Origin: Agromyces hippuratus
GTDB taxonomy: Bacteria > Actinomycetota > Actinomycetes > Actinomycetales > Microbacteriaceae
Reading direction: 5' to 3'
DNA length: 32,000 nucleotides
NCBI RefSeq assembly: GCF_013410355.1
Contig: NZ_JACCFI010000001.1
Location: forward strand, 3,069,858-3,101,857
Shown here: piece by piece, positions 22,397-30,121 of the stretch
Layout: each line of letters begins with the position of its first letter
Position numbering within the stretch: position 1 is the stretch's first letter
Notes under the pieces: generated by a model
What the model saw: the letters and a program-made list of their open reading frames with translations, nothing else
The model's database searches: none
Told to the model about the DNA's origin: nothing
Translations under genes and position numbers: made by a program

Positions 22397-23695
22397 TCAG
22401 CCGCCGAAGGCCTCGACGATCGGGCGGAACTTCATCACGGTCTCGGCGAGCTCGTCGGCGGGCACCGAGTCGTGCACGATGCCGCAACCGGCATATGCCG
22501 TGACGGTGCCGTCGGGGTCGACCTGCGCGCAGCGCAGTGCGATGGCCCACTCGCCGTCGCCGCCGCCGTCGATCCAGCCCACCGGGCCGGCGTAGCGGCC
22601 GCGGTCGAAGCCCTCGAGCTCCGCGATCGCGGGCAGCGCGATGCGGCGCGGGGTGCCGGCCACGGCGGCCGTCGGATGCACGGCGCGCACGAGGTCGAGT
22701 GAACTCGATCCGTCGCCGAGCGTGCCCTTGAGGTCGGTCGCGAGGTGCCACAGGTTCGGCAGTTGCAGGGTGAACGGCTCGGGGCTCGTGTCGAGTCGGG
22801 CGGTGTGCGGGGCGAGGCGCTTCACCGCGCTCTCGACGGCGAGGGCGTGCTCGGCGCGGTCCTTCTCCGAGGCCGCGAGGGCGAGCGCGCGCTCGCGGTC
22901 GGAGGCGTCGCCCGCGCCGCGCGAGGCGGTGCCGGCGAGCACGCGTGCCGAGACGGTGCCGTGGTCGACGCGCACGAGCGTCTCGGGGCTCGCGCCGATG
23001 AGCCCGTCTACGGCGAAGACCCAGGTGTCGGGGTAGTCCTCGGCGAGCCGGTTGATGGTCGCCCGCAGCCCGGCGTCCTCGTGCAGTTCGCCCACGAGCT
23101 GGCGCGCGAGCACGACCTTCTCGAGTTCGCCGGCGTCGATGCGGCGCACGGCCTCGGCGACGGCCGTCTCGTAGGCCTCGGGCGGCAGCGAGCCCGGCGT
23201 GAACGCCACACGCGGCACCTGTCGCTTCGGCGCGGGCTCGGGAAGCTCGACGTCGAGCTCGGCGGGGTCGGCGGAGCCGGAGGCATCCGTCTCGTCGACC
23301 GGGTCGAGCGAGATGCGCGTGACCCACGCGCGGCCGTCGCGCCGGCCCATGACGAGCTCGGGCACGATGAGCACGCTCGTCGCCTCGGACTCGTCGGCGA
23401 ACGCGAAGGCGCCGAACGCCACGAGCCCCGTGCCCGGCAGGCCCACCCGGTCGTCGACCTCGGCGCGCGCGGCGAGCGAGGTCCACGCGGCGGCGGCGTC
23501 TTCGACCCGGGTCGGGCCGGTGGCCTCGATGCGCACGACCTCGCCGAGCCCCACGATGCCCTCGCCGCGGCGCATCCACACGAGCGGATGCCGCGGATCG
23601 GCGCGCGGGATCAGCGGCTCCGTCTCATCGACGGCCACGGTGCGAACGACGAGCCGAGCACTCGCGGCCTGCACCGCGTCATCCGTCTGACTCAC
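22397..23695 (-). CDS. menF: Isochorismate synthase (chorismate-binding enzyme family)
   Basis: Chorismate-binding motifs HPTAAVAGTP, GFDRGRYAGPVGW and the AGCGIV..S.P..E tail. GTG start. men gene neighbourhood. Confidence 0.85.
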   Translation of the reverse strand: MSQTDDAVQAASARLVVRTVAVDETEPLIPRADPRHPLVWMRRGEGIVGLGEVVRIEATGPTRVEDAAAAWTSLAARAEVDDRVGLPGTGLVAFGAFAFADESEATSVLIVPELVMGRRDGRAWVTRISLDPVDETDASGSADPAELDVELPEPAPKRQVPRVAFTPGSLPPEAYETAVAEAVRRIDAGELEKVVLARQLVGELHEDAGLRATINRLAEDYPDTWVFAVDGLIGASPETLVRVDHGTVSARVLAGTASRGAGDASDRERALALAASEKDRAEHALAVESAVKRLAPHTARLDTSPEPFTLQLPNLWHLATDLKGTLGDGSSSLDLVRAVHPTAAVAGTPRRIALPAIAELEGFDRGRYAGPVGWIDGGGDGEWAIALRCAQVDPDGTVTAYAGCGIVHDSVPADELAETVMKFRPIVEAFGG

Positions 23696-23701
23696 CGCCC
23701 C

Positions 23702-23707
23702 AGCCTA
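23702..23707 (-). promoter_or_regulatory. Candidate -10 box (TAGGCT on minus strand) for leaderless menF
   Basis: Minus strand reads TAGGCT, then 6 nt, then GTG at 23695. Confidence 0.45.
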
Positions 23708-23724
23708 CGCCCGGCCGCGCGCCG

Positions 23725-23730
23725 TAGGAT
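23725..23730 (+). promoter_or_regulatory. Candidate -10 box (TAGGAT) for leaderless menG
   Basis: TAGGAT, then 6 nt, then ATG at 23737. Back-to-back with the menF box in a 41-bp divergent gap. Confidence 0.45.
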
Positions 23731-23736
23731 CGAGGC

Positions 23737-24447
23737 ATGACCCGCGCAGATCTCGGCAAGCAGCCCGACCAGGTGTCGGCGATGTTCGATCGCGTCGCCG
23801 CGAGCTACGACCGCACCAACAACGTGCTCTCGGTGGGCAACGCCCCGCTCTGGCGCGTCGCCACGACCCGTGCCGTCGACCCGAAGCCGGGTCAGCGCAT
23901 CCTCGACGTCGCGGCCGGCACGGGCACCTCGAGTGCGAGCCTCGCGAAGTCCGGGGCATCCGTCGTCGCCGCCGACTTCTCGCCCGGCATGATCGAGGTC
24001 GGCCGCAAGCGGCAGGCCGGCGTGCAGAACCTCGTGTTCGTCGAGGCCGACGCCACGCAGCTGCCGTTCGCCGACGACGAGTTCGACGCGGTCACGATCT
24101 CGTTCGGCCTGCGCAACGTCAACGAGCCGAAGAAGGCCCTCGCCGAGTTCTTCCGCGTCACCAAGCCGGGCGGTCGCCTCGTCATCTGCGAGTTCTCGAC
24201 CCCGCCCGCACCGCTCGTGCGCACCGGCTACGGCGTCTACCAGCGCTACGTCATGCCGCCGCTCGTGAAGCTCTCGAGCTCGAACGACACGGCCTACGAC
24301 TACCTCAACGAGTCGATCAACGCGTGGCCCGACCAGCGCACGCTCGCGGCGTGGATCCGAGAGGTCGGCTACACGGAGGTCGCGTGGCGCAACCTCACCC
24401 TCGGCGTCGTCGCCCTGCACCGCGCGACCAAGCCAGCTGCCGCCTGA
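23737..24447 (+). CDS. menG: Demethylmenaquinone methyltransferase (UbiE/MenG class I SAM methyltransferase)
   Basis: MFDRVAASYDRTN, SAM motif ILDVAAGTG, FGLRNV and the YDYLNESI signature typical of UbiE/MenG. Confidence 0.9.
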   Translation: MTRADLGKQPDQVSAMFDRVAASYDRTNNVLSVGNAPLWRVATTRAVDPKPGQRILDVAAGTGTSSASLAKSGASVVAADFSPGMIEVGRKRQAGVQNLVFVEADATQLPFADDEFDAVTISFGLRNVNEPKKALAEFFRVTKPGGRLVICEFSTPPAPLVRTGYGVYQRYVMPPLVKLSSSNDTAYDYLNESINAWPDQRTLAAWIREVGYTEVAWRNLTLGVVALHRATKPAAA

Positions 24448-24456
24448 GCCGTGCCG

Positions 24457-24527
24457 CTGCTGGTTGAGCCCGTCGAAACCTGAGTCCGCCCACCCACTCG
24501 TGGGGTTTCGGCGAGCTCAACCCGCAG
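24457..24527. repeat. 71-bp palindromic (REP/MITE-like) element, second full copy
   Basis: L arm CTGCTGGTTGAGCCCGTCGAAACC (24457-24480), 23-nt loop, R arm GGTTTCGGCGAGCTCAACCCGCAG (24504-24527). Of 24 positions, 21 are Watson-Crick, 1 is G.T and 2 are mismatches. It is preceded by a truncated unit CCTGAGCCGTGCCGCTG that contains the menG stop. Confidence 0.85.
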
Positions 24528-24551
24528 AACGAGCTCCCGTTCGCACCCCGA

Positions 24552-24557
24552 TAGGCT
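24552..24557 (+). promoter_or_regulatory. Candidate -10 box (TAGGCT) for a leaderless polyprenyl synthase gene
   Basis: TAGGCT, then 7 nt, then GTG at 24565. The ORF-track start at 24559 would be only 1 nt after the box. Confidence 0.4.
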
Positions 24558-24564
24558 AGTGAGC

Positions 24565-25689
24565 GTGAAACCGAGTCACCCGGTCGCCCGTCGAGGCTCA
24601 TCGCTCGCCGCCAATCTCGGCCTCAGCGAGCGCGTCTTCGCGACCTCGGCCGACAAGGCCATGGTGAAGGCGATCGACGCAGGGCTCGATCGCGTCGAAG
24701 CCGGCCTCCTCGAAGAGGTGCGGTTCGCCGACACCATCGCGGACGTCTCCACGCGCTACCTGCTCCAGGCGGGCGGCAAGCGCGTGCGCCCGATGCTGAC
24801 GCTGCTCACCGCGCAGCTCGGCGCCGGGGTGACCGACGACGTCGTCACCGCGGCCGAGGCCATCGAGATCACGCACCTCGCGAGCCTCTACCACGACGAC
24901 GTCATGGACGACGCCGACCGCCGCCGCGGCGTGCCCAGCGCGCAGGCGGTGTGGGGCAACTCCGTCGCCATCCTCACCGGCGACCTGCTCTTCGCCCGCG
25001 CCAGCCAGCTCATGGCCGGCCTCGGCGAGGGCGCGATCCGCATGCAGGCGCGCACCTTCGAGCGGCTCGTGCTCGGCCAGCTGCACGAGACCGTCGGCCC
25101 GCAGCCGGGCGACGACCCCATCGAGCACTACATCCAGGTGCTCGCCGACAAGACCGGGTCGCTCATCGCGGCGGCCGCGCAGTCGGGCATCATCTTCTCG
25201 GGCGCCGACCCGGGCTTCGAAGCCCCCATCATCGAGTTCGGCGAGAAGATCGGCGTGGCCTTCCAGCTCGTCGACGACGTCATCGACCTCTCGCCGCAGC
25301 CGGCCGAGACCGGCAAGGTGCCCGGCACCGACCTGCGCGCGGGCGTCGTGACGCTGCCGATGCTGCGGCTCGCCGAGCACGCCCGCAGCGACGCGGCATC
25401 CGCTGCCCTGCTCGAGCGCATCGAACGCGACGTGGTCATCGCCACCGGCCCGGCCGCTGCTGCCGACCCGATCGACACGAACACGATGGCCTCGCGCATC
25501 GTGCCCTCGAAGGAGACGATCGATGCGATCGTCGCCGAACTCCGGGAACACGAAGCTACGCGCGCTACGCTCGCTGAGGCCCACCGTTGGGCGCGCGAGG
25601 CGGTCGCCGCCCTCGCGCCGCTGCCAGAGGGCAGTGTGAAGAAGGCGCTCACACGATTCGCAGAGACGGTCGTCGAGCGCGAGAGCTGA
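24565..25689 (+). CDS. Polyprenyl diphosphate synthase (trans-IPPS, menaquinone side chain)
   Basis: First and second Asp-rich motifs LYHDDVMDDADRRRG and FQLVDDVIDL. Start is 24565 or 24559 (both GTG, in frame). C-terminal extension of about 40 aa relative to what I expect. Confidence 0.85.
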   Translation: MKPSHPVARRGSSLAANLGLSERVFATSADKAMVKAIDAGLDRVEAGLLEEVRFADTIADVSTRYLLQAGGKRVRPMLTLLTAQLGAGVTDDVVTAAEAIEITHLASLYHDDVMDDADRRRGVPSAQAVWGNSVAILTGDLLFARASQLMAGLGEGAIRMQARTFERLVLGQLHETVGPQPGDDPIEHYIQVLADKTGSLIAAAAQSGIIFSGADPGFEAPIIEFGEKIGVAFQLVDDVIDLSPQPAETGKVPGTDLRAGVVTLPMLRLAEHARSDAASAALLERIERDVVIATGPAAAADPIDTNTMASRIVPSKETIDAIVAELREHEATRATLAEAHRWAREAVAALAPLPEGSVKKALTRFAETVVERES

Positions 25690-25705
25690 TGGAGAGACCA
25701 CGCAC

Positions 25706-27085
25706 GTGACGAGGAACAAGCTGAGACTGGCGATCGTCGGGGCAGGCCCCGCCGGCATCTACGCCGCAGACATCCTGCTGAAGGCCGAACGCAACTTCGA
25801 CGTCTCGATCGACCTCTTCGATCACCTGCCCGCGCCCTACGGGCTCGTGCGCTACGGCGTCGCCCCCGACCACCCGCGCATCAAGGGCATCATCACCGCC
25901 CTTCGCGAGGTGCTCGACCGCGGCGACATCCGCATCTTCGGCAACGTGAAGTTCGGCGAGGACATCACGCTCGAAGACCTGAAGAAGCACTACAACGCCG
26001 TGATCTTCGCGACCGGCGCCGTGAAGGACGCCTCGCTGAACATCCCGGGCTCCGAGCTCGAGGGCTCCTACGGCGCGGCCGAGTTCGTCAGCTGGTTCGA
26101 CGGGCACCCCGACTTCCCGCGCACGTGGCCGCTCGACGCGAAGGAGGTCGCGGTCATCGGCAACGGCAATGTCGCCCTCGACGTGGCGCGCATCCTCGCC
26201 AAGCACGTCGAAGACCTCATGTCGACCGAGATCCCCGCGAACGTCGCGGCCGGCCTCGCGGCATCGCCCGTCACCGACGTGCACGTGTTCGGCCGTCGCG
26301 GCCCGACCTCGGTGAAGTTCACGCCGCTCGAACTGCGCGAGCTCGGCGAGCTGCGCGACGTCGACATGATCCTGTACGACGAGGACTTCGACTACGACGA
26401 CGCAGCCCGCGCGGCCGTCGCCGGCAACAAGCAGGTCTTCGTCATCGATAAGGTGCTGAACCAGTGGCGCCAGCGCGAGGTCGGCGAGGCGTCGCGCCGC
26501 CTGCACCTGCACTTCTTCGCGAAGCCGCTCGAGCTCGTCGACGACGGCGAGGGCCACGTCGGCGCCATCCGCTGGGAGCGCACCGCGCCCGACGGCGAGG
26601 GCGGCGTGGTCGGCACCGGCGAGATCCGCGAGCTGCCCGTGCAGGCCGTGTACCGCGCCGTCGGCTACTTCGGCTCGCAGCTGCCCGGCATCCCCTTCGA
26701 CAAGAAGTTCGGCGTGATCCCGAACCACGAGGGCCAGGTGCTCATGCGCGACAAGGAGACCGGTGAGCCGCGCCAGATGTACGGCGTCTACGCGACCGGC
26801 TGGATCAAGCGCGGGCCCGTGGGCCTCATCGGGCACACCAAGTCCGACGCGATGGAGACCATCAAGCACCTCATCAACGACCTCGGCAACTGGTGGGACC
26901 CCGAGTCCCCGTCGGAGGAGTCGGTCATCGAGCTGCTCGAGTCGCGCGGCATCCGCTGGACCGACCTCGACGGCTGGCACCGACTCGACGAGCACGAGCA
27001 GGCGCTCGGTTCGGCCGAGGGCCGCGTGCGCGTGAAGGTCGTGCCCCGCGACGAGATGGTCGACATCTCGCGCGCCGAGGCGTAG
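25706..27085 (+). CDS. fprA: NADPH-ferredoxin reductase, FprA / adrenodoxin-reductase type
   Basis: LAIVGAGPAGIYAA (FAD), GVAPDHPRIKGI, VIGNGNVALDVARIL (NADP), GRRGP..KFTPLELRELG and GWIKRGPVGLIGHTKSDA. Closely parallels what I recall of mycobacterial FprA. GGAGAG upstream of the GTG. Confidence 0.9.
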   Translation: MTRNKLRLAIVGAGPAGIYAADILLKAERNFDVSIDLFDHLPAPYGLVRYGVAPDHPRIKGIITALREVLDRGDIRIFGNVKFGEDITLEDLKKHYNAVIFATGAVKDASLNIPGSELEGSYGAAEFVSWFDGHPDFPRTWPLDAKEVAVIGNGNVALDVARILAKHVEDLMSTEIPANVAAGLAASPVTDVHVFGRRGPTSVKFTPLELRELGELRDVDMILYDEDFDYDDAARAAVAGNKQVFVIDKVLNQWRQREVGEASRRLHLHFFAKPLELVDDGEGHVGAIRWERTAPDGEGGVVGTGEIRELPVQAVYRAVGYFGSQLPGIPFDKKFGVIPNHEGQVLMRDKETGEPRQMYGVYATGWIKRGPVGLIGHTKSDAMETIKHLINDLGNWWDPESPSEESVIELLESRGIRWTDLDGWHRLDEHEQALGSAEGRVRVKVVPRDEMVDISRAEA

Positions 27086-27092
27086 GGGCTTC

Positions 27093-27211
27093 TGCGGGCC
27101 GAGCCTGCCCCTGTGGGTTGAGCCTGCCCCTGGGGGTTGAGCCTGCCCCTGGGGGTTGAGCCTGCCTCTGGGGGTTGAGCCTGCCCCTGTGGGTTGAGTC
27201 TGCCGAAACCC
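27093..27211 (+). repeat. Tandem array of a 19-bp unit (TGGGGGTTGAGCCTGCCCC) x5, ending in a full L-arm-like unit
   Basis: Units at 27093, 27112, 27131, 27150 and 27169 carry 0-4 substitutions. The terminal TGTGGGTTGAGTCTGCCGAAACCC is at 27188-27211. The unit is the 5' part of the L arm of the palindromic family. All units share one orientation and there are no spacers. Confidence 0.9.
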
Positions 27212-27242
27212 ATCCGTGCGTCGTGCCACTACGCTGCTCACC

Positions 27243-27905
27243 ATGCCCTTCGCGTGGTCGAGCCTCATCGTGACGGTCGTCGCGGTGCTGCTCGGCTTCG
27301 CGCTCGGCTGGTGGCCGCTCGCCGCCTGGACCGAGCGGTCGATGACGGGCGAACGGATGCCGCGGCGCACGTTGCGCCTCACCGCCGCGATCACCACGGC
27401 CGTCGTGTTCGGCGTGCTCGCCTGGCGCTTCGGCCTCTCGTGGACGCTGCCCGCACTGCTCGCCTTCGCCGCGTGCGCCACCGTGCTGTCGATCGTCGAC
27501 CTCGCCGAGAAGCGCCTGCCGAACGCGGTCGTCTTCCCGGCGTTGGGTGCCGTGGCGGTGCTGCTCGTGCCGGCGACGTGGGCGACGGGCATATGGATGT
27601 CACTCGTCTGGGCCCTCGTGGGTTCTGCGGCCATGTTCGCCGTGTACTTCGTGCTGGCCCTCATCTCGCCGTCGTCGATGGGCATGGGCGACGTGAAGCT
27701 CGCGCTCGTGATCGGGCTGCTGCTCGGCTGGTTCGGGATGTCGGCTTGGCTCGTGGGGTTGCTCGCGGCGTTCGTGGTCGGGGGAGTGATCGCGATCGTC
27801 GCGCTCGTGCTGAAACGGGTGACGCTGCGCGGGTCGATCCCGTTCGGGCCGTCGATGCTCGTGGGGGCCCTCATCGCGGTGCTGCTGGTCGGGCCAGTGG
27901 GCTGA
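27243..27905 (+). CDS. A24 family prepilin peptidase (CpaA/TadV type)
   Basis: Polytopic membrane protein with the two catalytic Asp contexts LSIVDLAEKRLPN and MGMGDVKLALVIG. ATG at 27243; an in-frame GTG at 27216 is possible. Confidence 0.85.
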   Translation: MPFAWSSLIVTVVAVLLGFALGWWPLAAWTERSMTGERMPRRTLRLTAAITTAVVFGVLAWRFGLSWTLPALLAFAACATVLSIVDLAEKRLPNAVVFPALGAVAVLLVPATWATGIWMSLVWALVGSAAMFAVYFVLALISPSSMGMGDVKLALVIGLLLGWFGMSAWLVGLLAAFVVGGVIAIVALVLKRVTLRGSIPFGPSMLVGALIAVLLVGPVG

Positions 27906-27906
27906 G

Positions 27907-27935
27907 TTCGGGTGTCTCAGTCGACGCCACCCGAA
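27907..27935 (+). terminator. Hairpin immediately after the prepilin peptidase stop
   Basis: TTCGGGTG (27907-27914) / CACCCGAA (27928-27935), an 8-bp stem with a 13-nt loop. No U-tract. Confidence 0.35.
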
Positions 27936-28051
27936 ATGGGACTGGCGACGACGGGTTCCGGCAGGGTTCCCTGAATTGATCCGCGAATGATCCCGAACGG
28001 TCAGCATCGATCAGATCACCCACCGCCGACCGGACGAAGGACCCCCTACGG

Positions 28052-29602
28052 ATGCCCGACACCTCCGAACTGCCGACCCGGCTGGACCGCTTCCGGTCGA
28101 TGATGGCGACCGAGCGCTTCCGCTGGTGGTTGGTGTTCATCGTTCTCGTGATGATCGCGGCAGTGCGTGCAGCGACCCCGCACGAGCGCGACCACTTCTG
28201 GTCGGCACGAGCGGGAATCGAGAACCTGCAGGGAATGCCGCTGATCCGGCCGGACACCTGGTCGTGGTCGAAGGAAGGCGAGTGGGTTCCGAACTCCCCG
28301 TTGTGGAACATCGTGCTCGGCATCGGTTGGCAGGCGGGGGGATTCTGGGGGCTGTTCTGGGTCGGCTTCGTGTCGATCGCGGCGTTCTTCGCACTCGCGC
28401 TGCTGCTCGCGCGGCTCGCTGGAGCGCGTGCCTTTCCCACGCTCGTCGGCTTCGCGCCGGTGCTGATGTTCGGTTTCTCGGCGTTCACGCCCCGTGCCAC
28501 GATGATCGTGCAGTCCCTCCTGTTCCTCGCGGTGCTCTTCGTGTGGTGGTGGGGCGGCAGGGCCGGTCGAACCGGCATGTTCACATCGATCGCGGTCGTC
28601 GGCGGGGCCGGCTTCGCGTTGTCACTGCTCGGGAACTGGCTTCACCTCTCGTTCATGCTCATGTCCGCGGCGATCGCGGTGATGTGGGCGATCGGCTGGT
28701 GGGCGAGCCCGGGCGTCCGCGGTACACGATGGCTCTCGCTGACTGCTGCGGGAACGACCGGGCTCCTGCTCGGGTGTGTTGCCTCCCCGTTCGGGATCCC
28801 GCTGACCCTCGAACGTGCGCGCGTCGTCGCTGAGGCCTGTCGTGGCCTGATCAGCGAATGGCAATCGATCGTCGATCTCCTGGGCGTTCAAGGTTTCCGC
28901 TTCGTTCCGTTCACCGTCGTCGTCGTCGTGCTGGCGATCGTCGCGCCGCTCTGGGTCATCCACGTCCTGCGCACGAGCGGTCGGTTCGACCCGAGAGTGC
29001 GGATCATCGTTCCTCTGGCCGCCATCGGCGTGCCGGCACTCGTGGCGGGGCTCGATACGCTGCGCTTCACGCTCGTGGGGATGCTGCTGCTGCTGCCCGT
29101 CTTCGCGGGGGCCGCGACGAGTCTCATCAACGCCCTGCATCGCCGTCAGGCGCGCGGAGTCGGTCTCCTTTCCCGCCCGAAGGCGATGGAGTACACGTCG
29201 GGTCGGTTCTGGACGGTGATCCTGACAGGGCTGATGATCCTGGTGACGCCACTGGTCGCGATCAATGTCGCCCAAGGGGCGACCACACCTGAGGCGAGCG
29301 TGATCAGCGCCCTCCCGCGCGAGTGTCGCCTGTGGGCCACCCATACGGTCGGCAGCTCCACGATCCTCCTTCGCCCCGACGTCAAGGTCTGGTTCGACGG
29401 CCGGGCGGATTTCTACGGACGCGATCATCTCATCGCGTACCTCACGACCTTGACGCCGGAGGGACAGCTGCCTGAGGGCACCGACTGCGTGGTGCTCTCA
29501 TCGGAACCGATCGATCAGTGGCTCGCCAACTCACTCGATGAGCGACCGGGGTGGTCGCGGGTGGATTCAGAGGCGGGATACACGCTCTGGGTGCGTGAAT
29601 GA
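28052..29602 (+). CDS. Large polytopic membrane protein of unknown function with C-terminal extracytoplasmic domain (possible GT-C-fold glycosyltransferase)
   Basis: 516 aa with about 11-13 hydrophobic segments. There is an acidic/aromatic stretch after TM1 (PHERDHFWSARAG) where GT-C enzymes carry catalytic acidic residues, and a C-terminal soluble domain of about 110 aa. More A/T-ending codons than the core genes. The function call is weak. Confidence 0.75.
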   Translation: MPDTSELPTRLDRFRSMMATERFRWWLVFIVLVMIAAVRAATPHERDHFWSARAGIENLQGMPLIRPDTWSWSKEGEWVPNSPLWNIVLGIGWQAGGFWGLFWVGFVSIAAFFALALLLARLAGARAFPTLVGFAPVLMFGFSAFTPRATMIVQSLLFLAVLFVWWWGGRAGRTGMFTSIAVVGGAGFALSLLGNWLHLSFMLMSAAIAVMWAIGWWASPGVRGTRWLSLTAAGTTGLLLGCVASPFGIPLTLERARVVAEACRGLISEWQSIVDLLGVQGFRFVPFTVVVVVLAIVAPLWVIHVLRTSGRFDPRVRIIVPLAAIGVPALVAGLDTLRFTLVGMLLLLPVFAGAATSLINALHRRQARGVGLLSRPKAMEYTSGRFWTVILTGLMILVTPLVAINVAQGATTPEASVISALPRECRLWATHTVGSSTILLRPDVKVWFDGRADFYGRDHLIAYLTTLTPEGQLPEGTDCVVLSSEPIDQWLANSLDERPGWSRVDSEAGYTLWVRE

Positions 29603-29629
29603 TCAGGCGCTGTCCCCGCTTCGCCTGAT
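29602..29629 (+). terminator. Hairpin overlapping the stop codon of the 516-aa membrane protein gene
   Basis: ATCAGGCG (29602-29609) / CGCCTGAT (29622-29629), an 8-bp stem with a 12-nt loop. ATCAGGCG recurs at 29722-29729. Confidence 0.35.
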
Positions 29630-29840
29630 GCTTGTCCCCCACTTTGCACCTCGCGTGTACCCCATTTGACGGACGGAATGTACCCCCAAACTGGGGGACA
29701 GGCGGTCGGATGTTGCGAGGAATCAGGCGGATCCGTGACATCCGTTGCGTTGTTGCCGGGCACTCTCCCCCAAAGTGGGGCATAGGTCACCCGCAGAACG
29801 ATGGATAGCTTCATTCCACCGCATGTACCCGCATGCGCGA

Positions 29841-29865
29841 TGCACCACCCGTCCCGGGTGGTGCA
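29841..29865 (+). promoter_or_regulatory. Perfect 11-bp-stem hairpin/palindrome 32 nt upstream of the flp start
   Basis: TGCACCACCCG-TCC-CGGGTGGTGCA. It could be a 5'-UTR structure or a dimeric regulator site. Confidence 0.45.
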
Positions 29866-29896
29866 GGTGTGTACCTGCTACCCGAAGGGGTCCCCC

Positions 29897-30100
29897 ATGC
29901 TCAAGGCATACGCCGCGCTCCAGGCGCGACTCAACTCCGTCCGTTCCGAAGAAGAAGGCGCGACCGCGACCGAGTACGCGCTCGTGCTCGGACTCGTCGC
30001 GATCGCCCTCGTCGTCGCCGCGGTCGCGCTGACGCCCATCCTCGGCAGCTTCGTCGCTGACATCGGCAGCTGGATGGACGGCCAGAAAGTCGGCGAATAG
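29897..30100 (+). CDS. flp: Flp family type IVb pilin prepilin (67 aa)
   Basis: The leader ends in G, followed by ATATEYALVLGLVAIALVV (Flp G/xxxxEY processing motif plus a hydrophobic helix). GAAGGGG upstream of the ATG. The ORF-track start at 29801 is an upstream run-on. Confidence 0.85.
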   Translation: MLKAYAALQARLNSVRSEEEGATATEYALVLGLVAIALVVAAVALTPILGSFVADIGSWMDGQKVGE

Positions 30101-30121
30101 CCGCTCGTCTTCATGGGGAAC

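Noticed and set aside
21887-22702. ORFs 21887..22354 (-), 21964..22329 (-), 22067..22702 (+) and 22308..22595 (+), with peptides such as SPSKP, LNPQ and FRRAQPA
   Set aside because: These are translations of the repeat arms and of the antisense strands of the GIY-YIG and menF genes. The recurring peptide signatures simply reflect the DNA repeat.
29789-29801. 13-mer ACCCGCAGAACGA shared with the right flank of the element at 24520-24532, possibly a repeat remnant upstream of flp
   Set aside because: In 32 kb of GC-biased sequence several exact 13-mer coincidences are expected by chance, and no other part of the arm is present.
29603-29896. 6C-RNA-like or other known actinobacterial ncRNA in the flp upstream region
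   Set aside because: The C5 runs lie in stems paired to G runs rather than in hairpin loops as in 6C RNA. I recognise no known family signature, so it is kept only as an unexplained motif-rich region.
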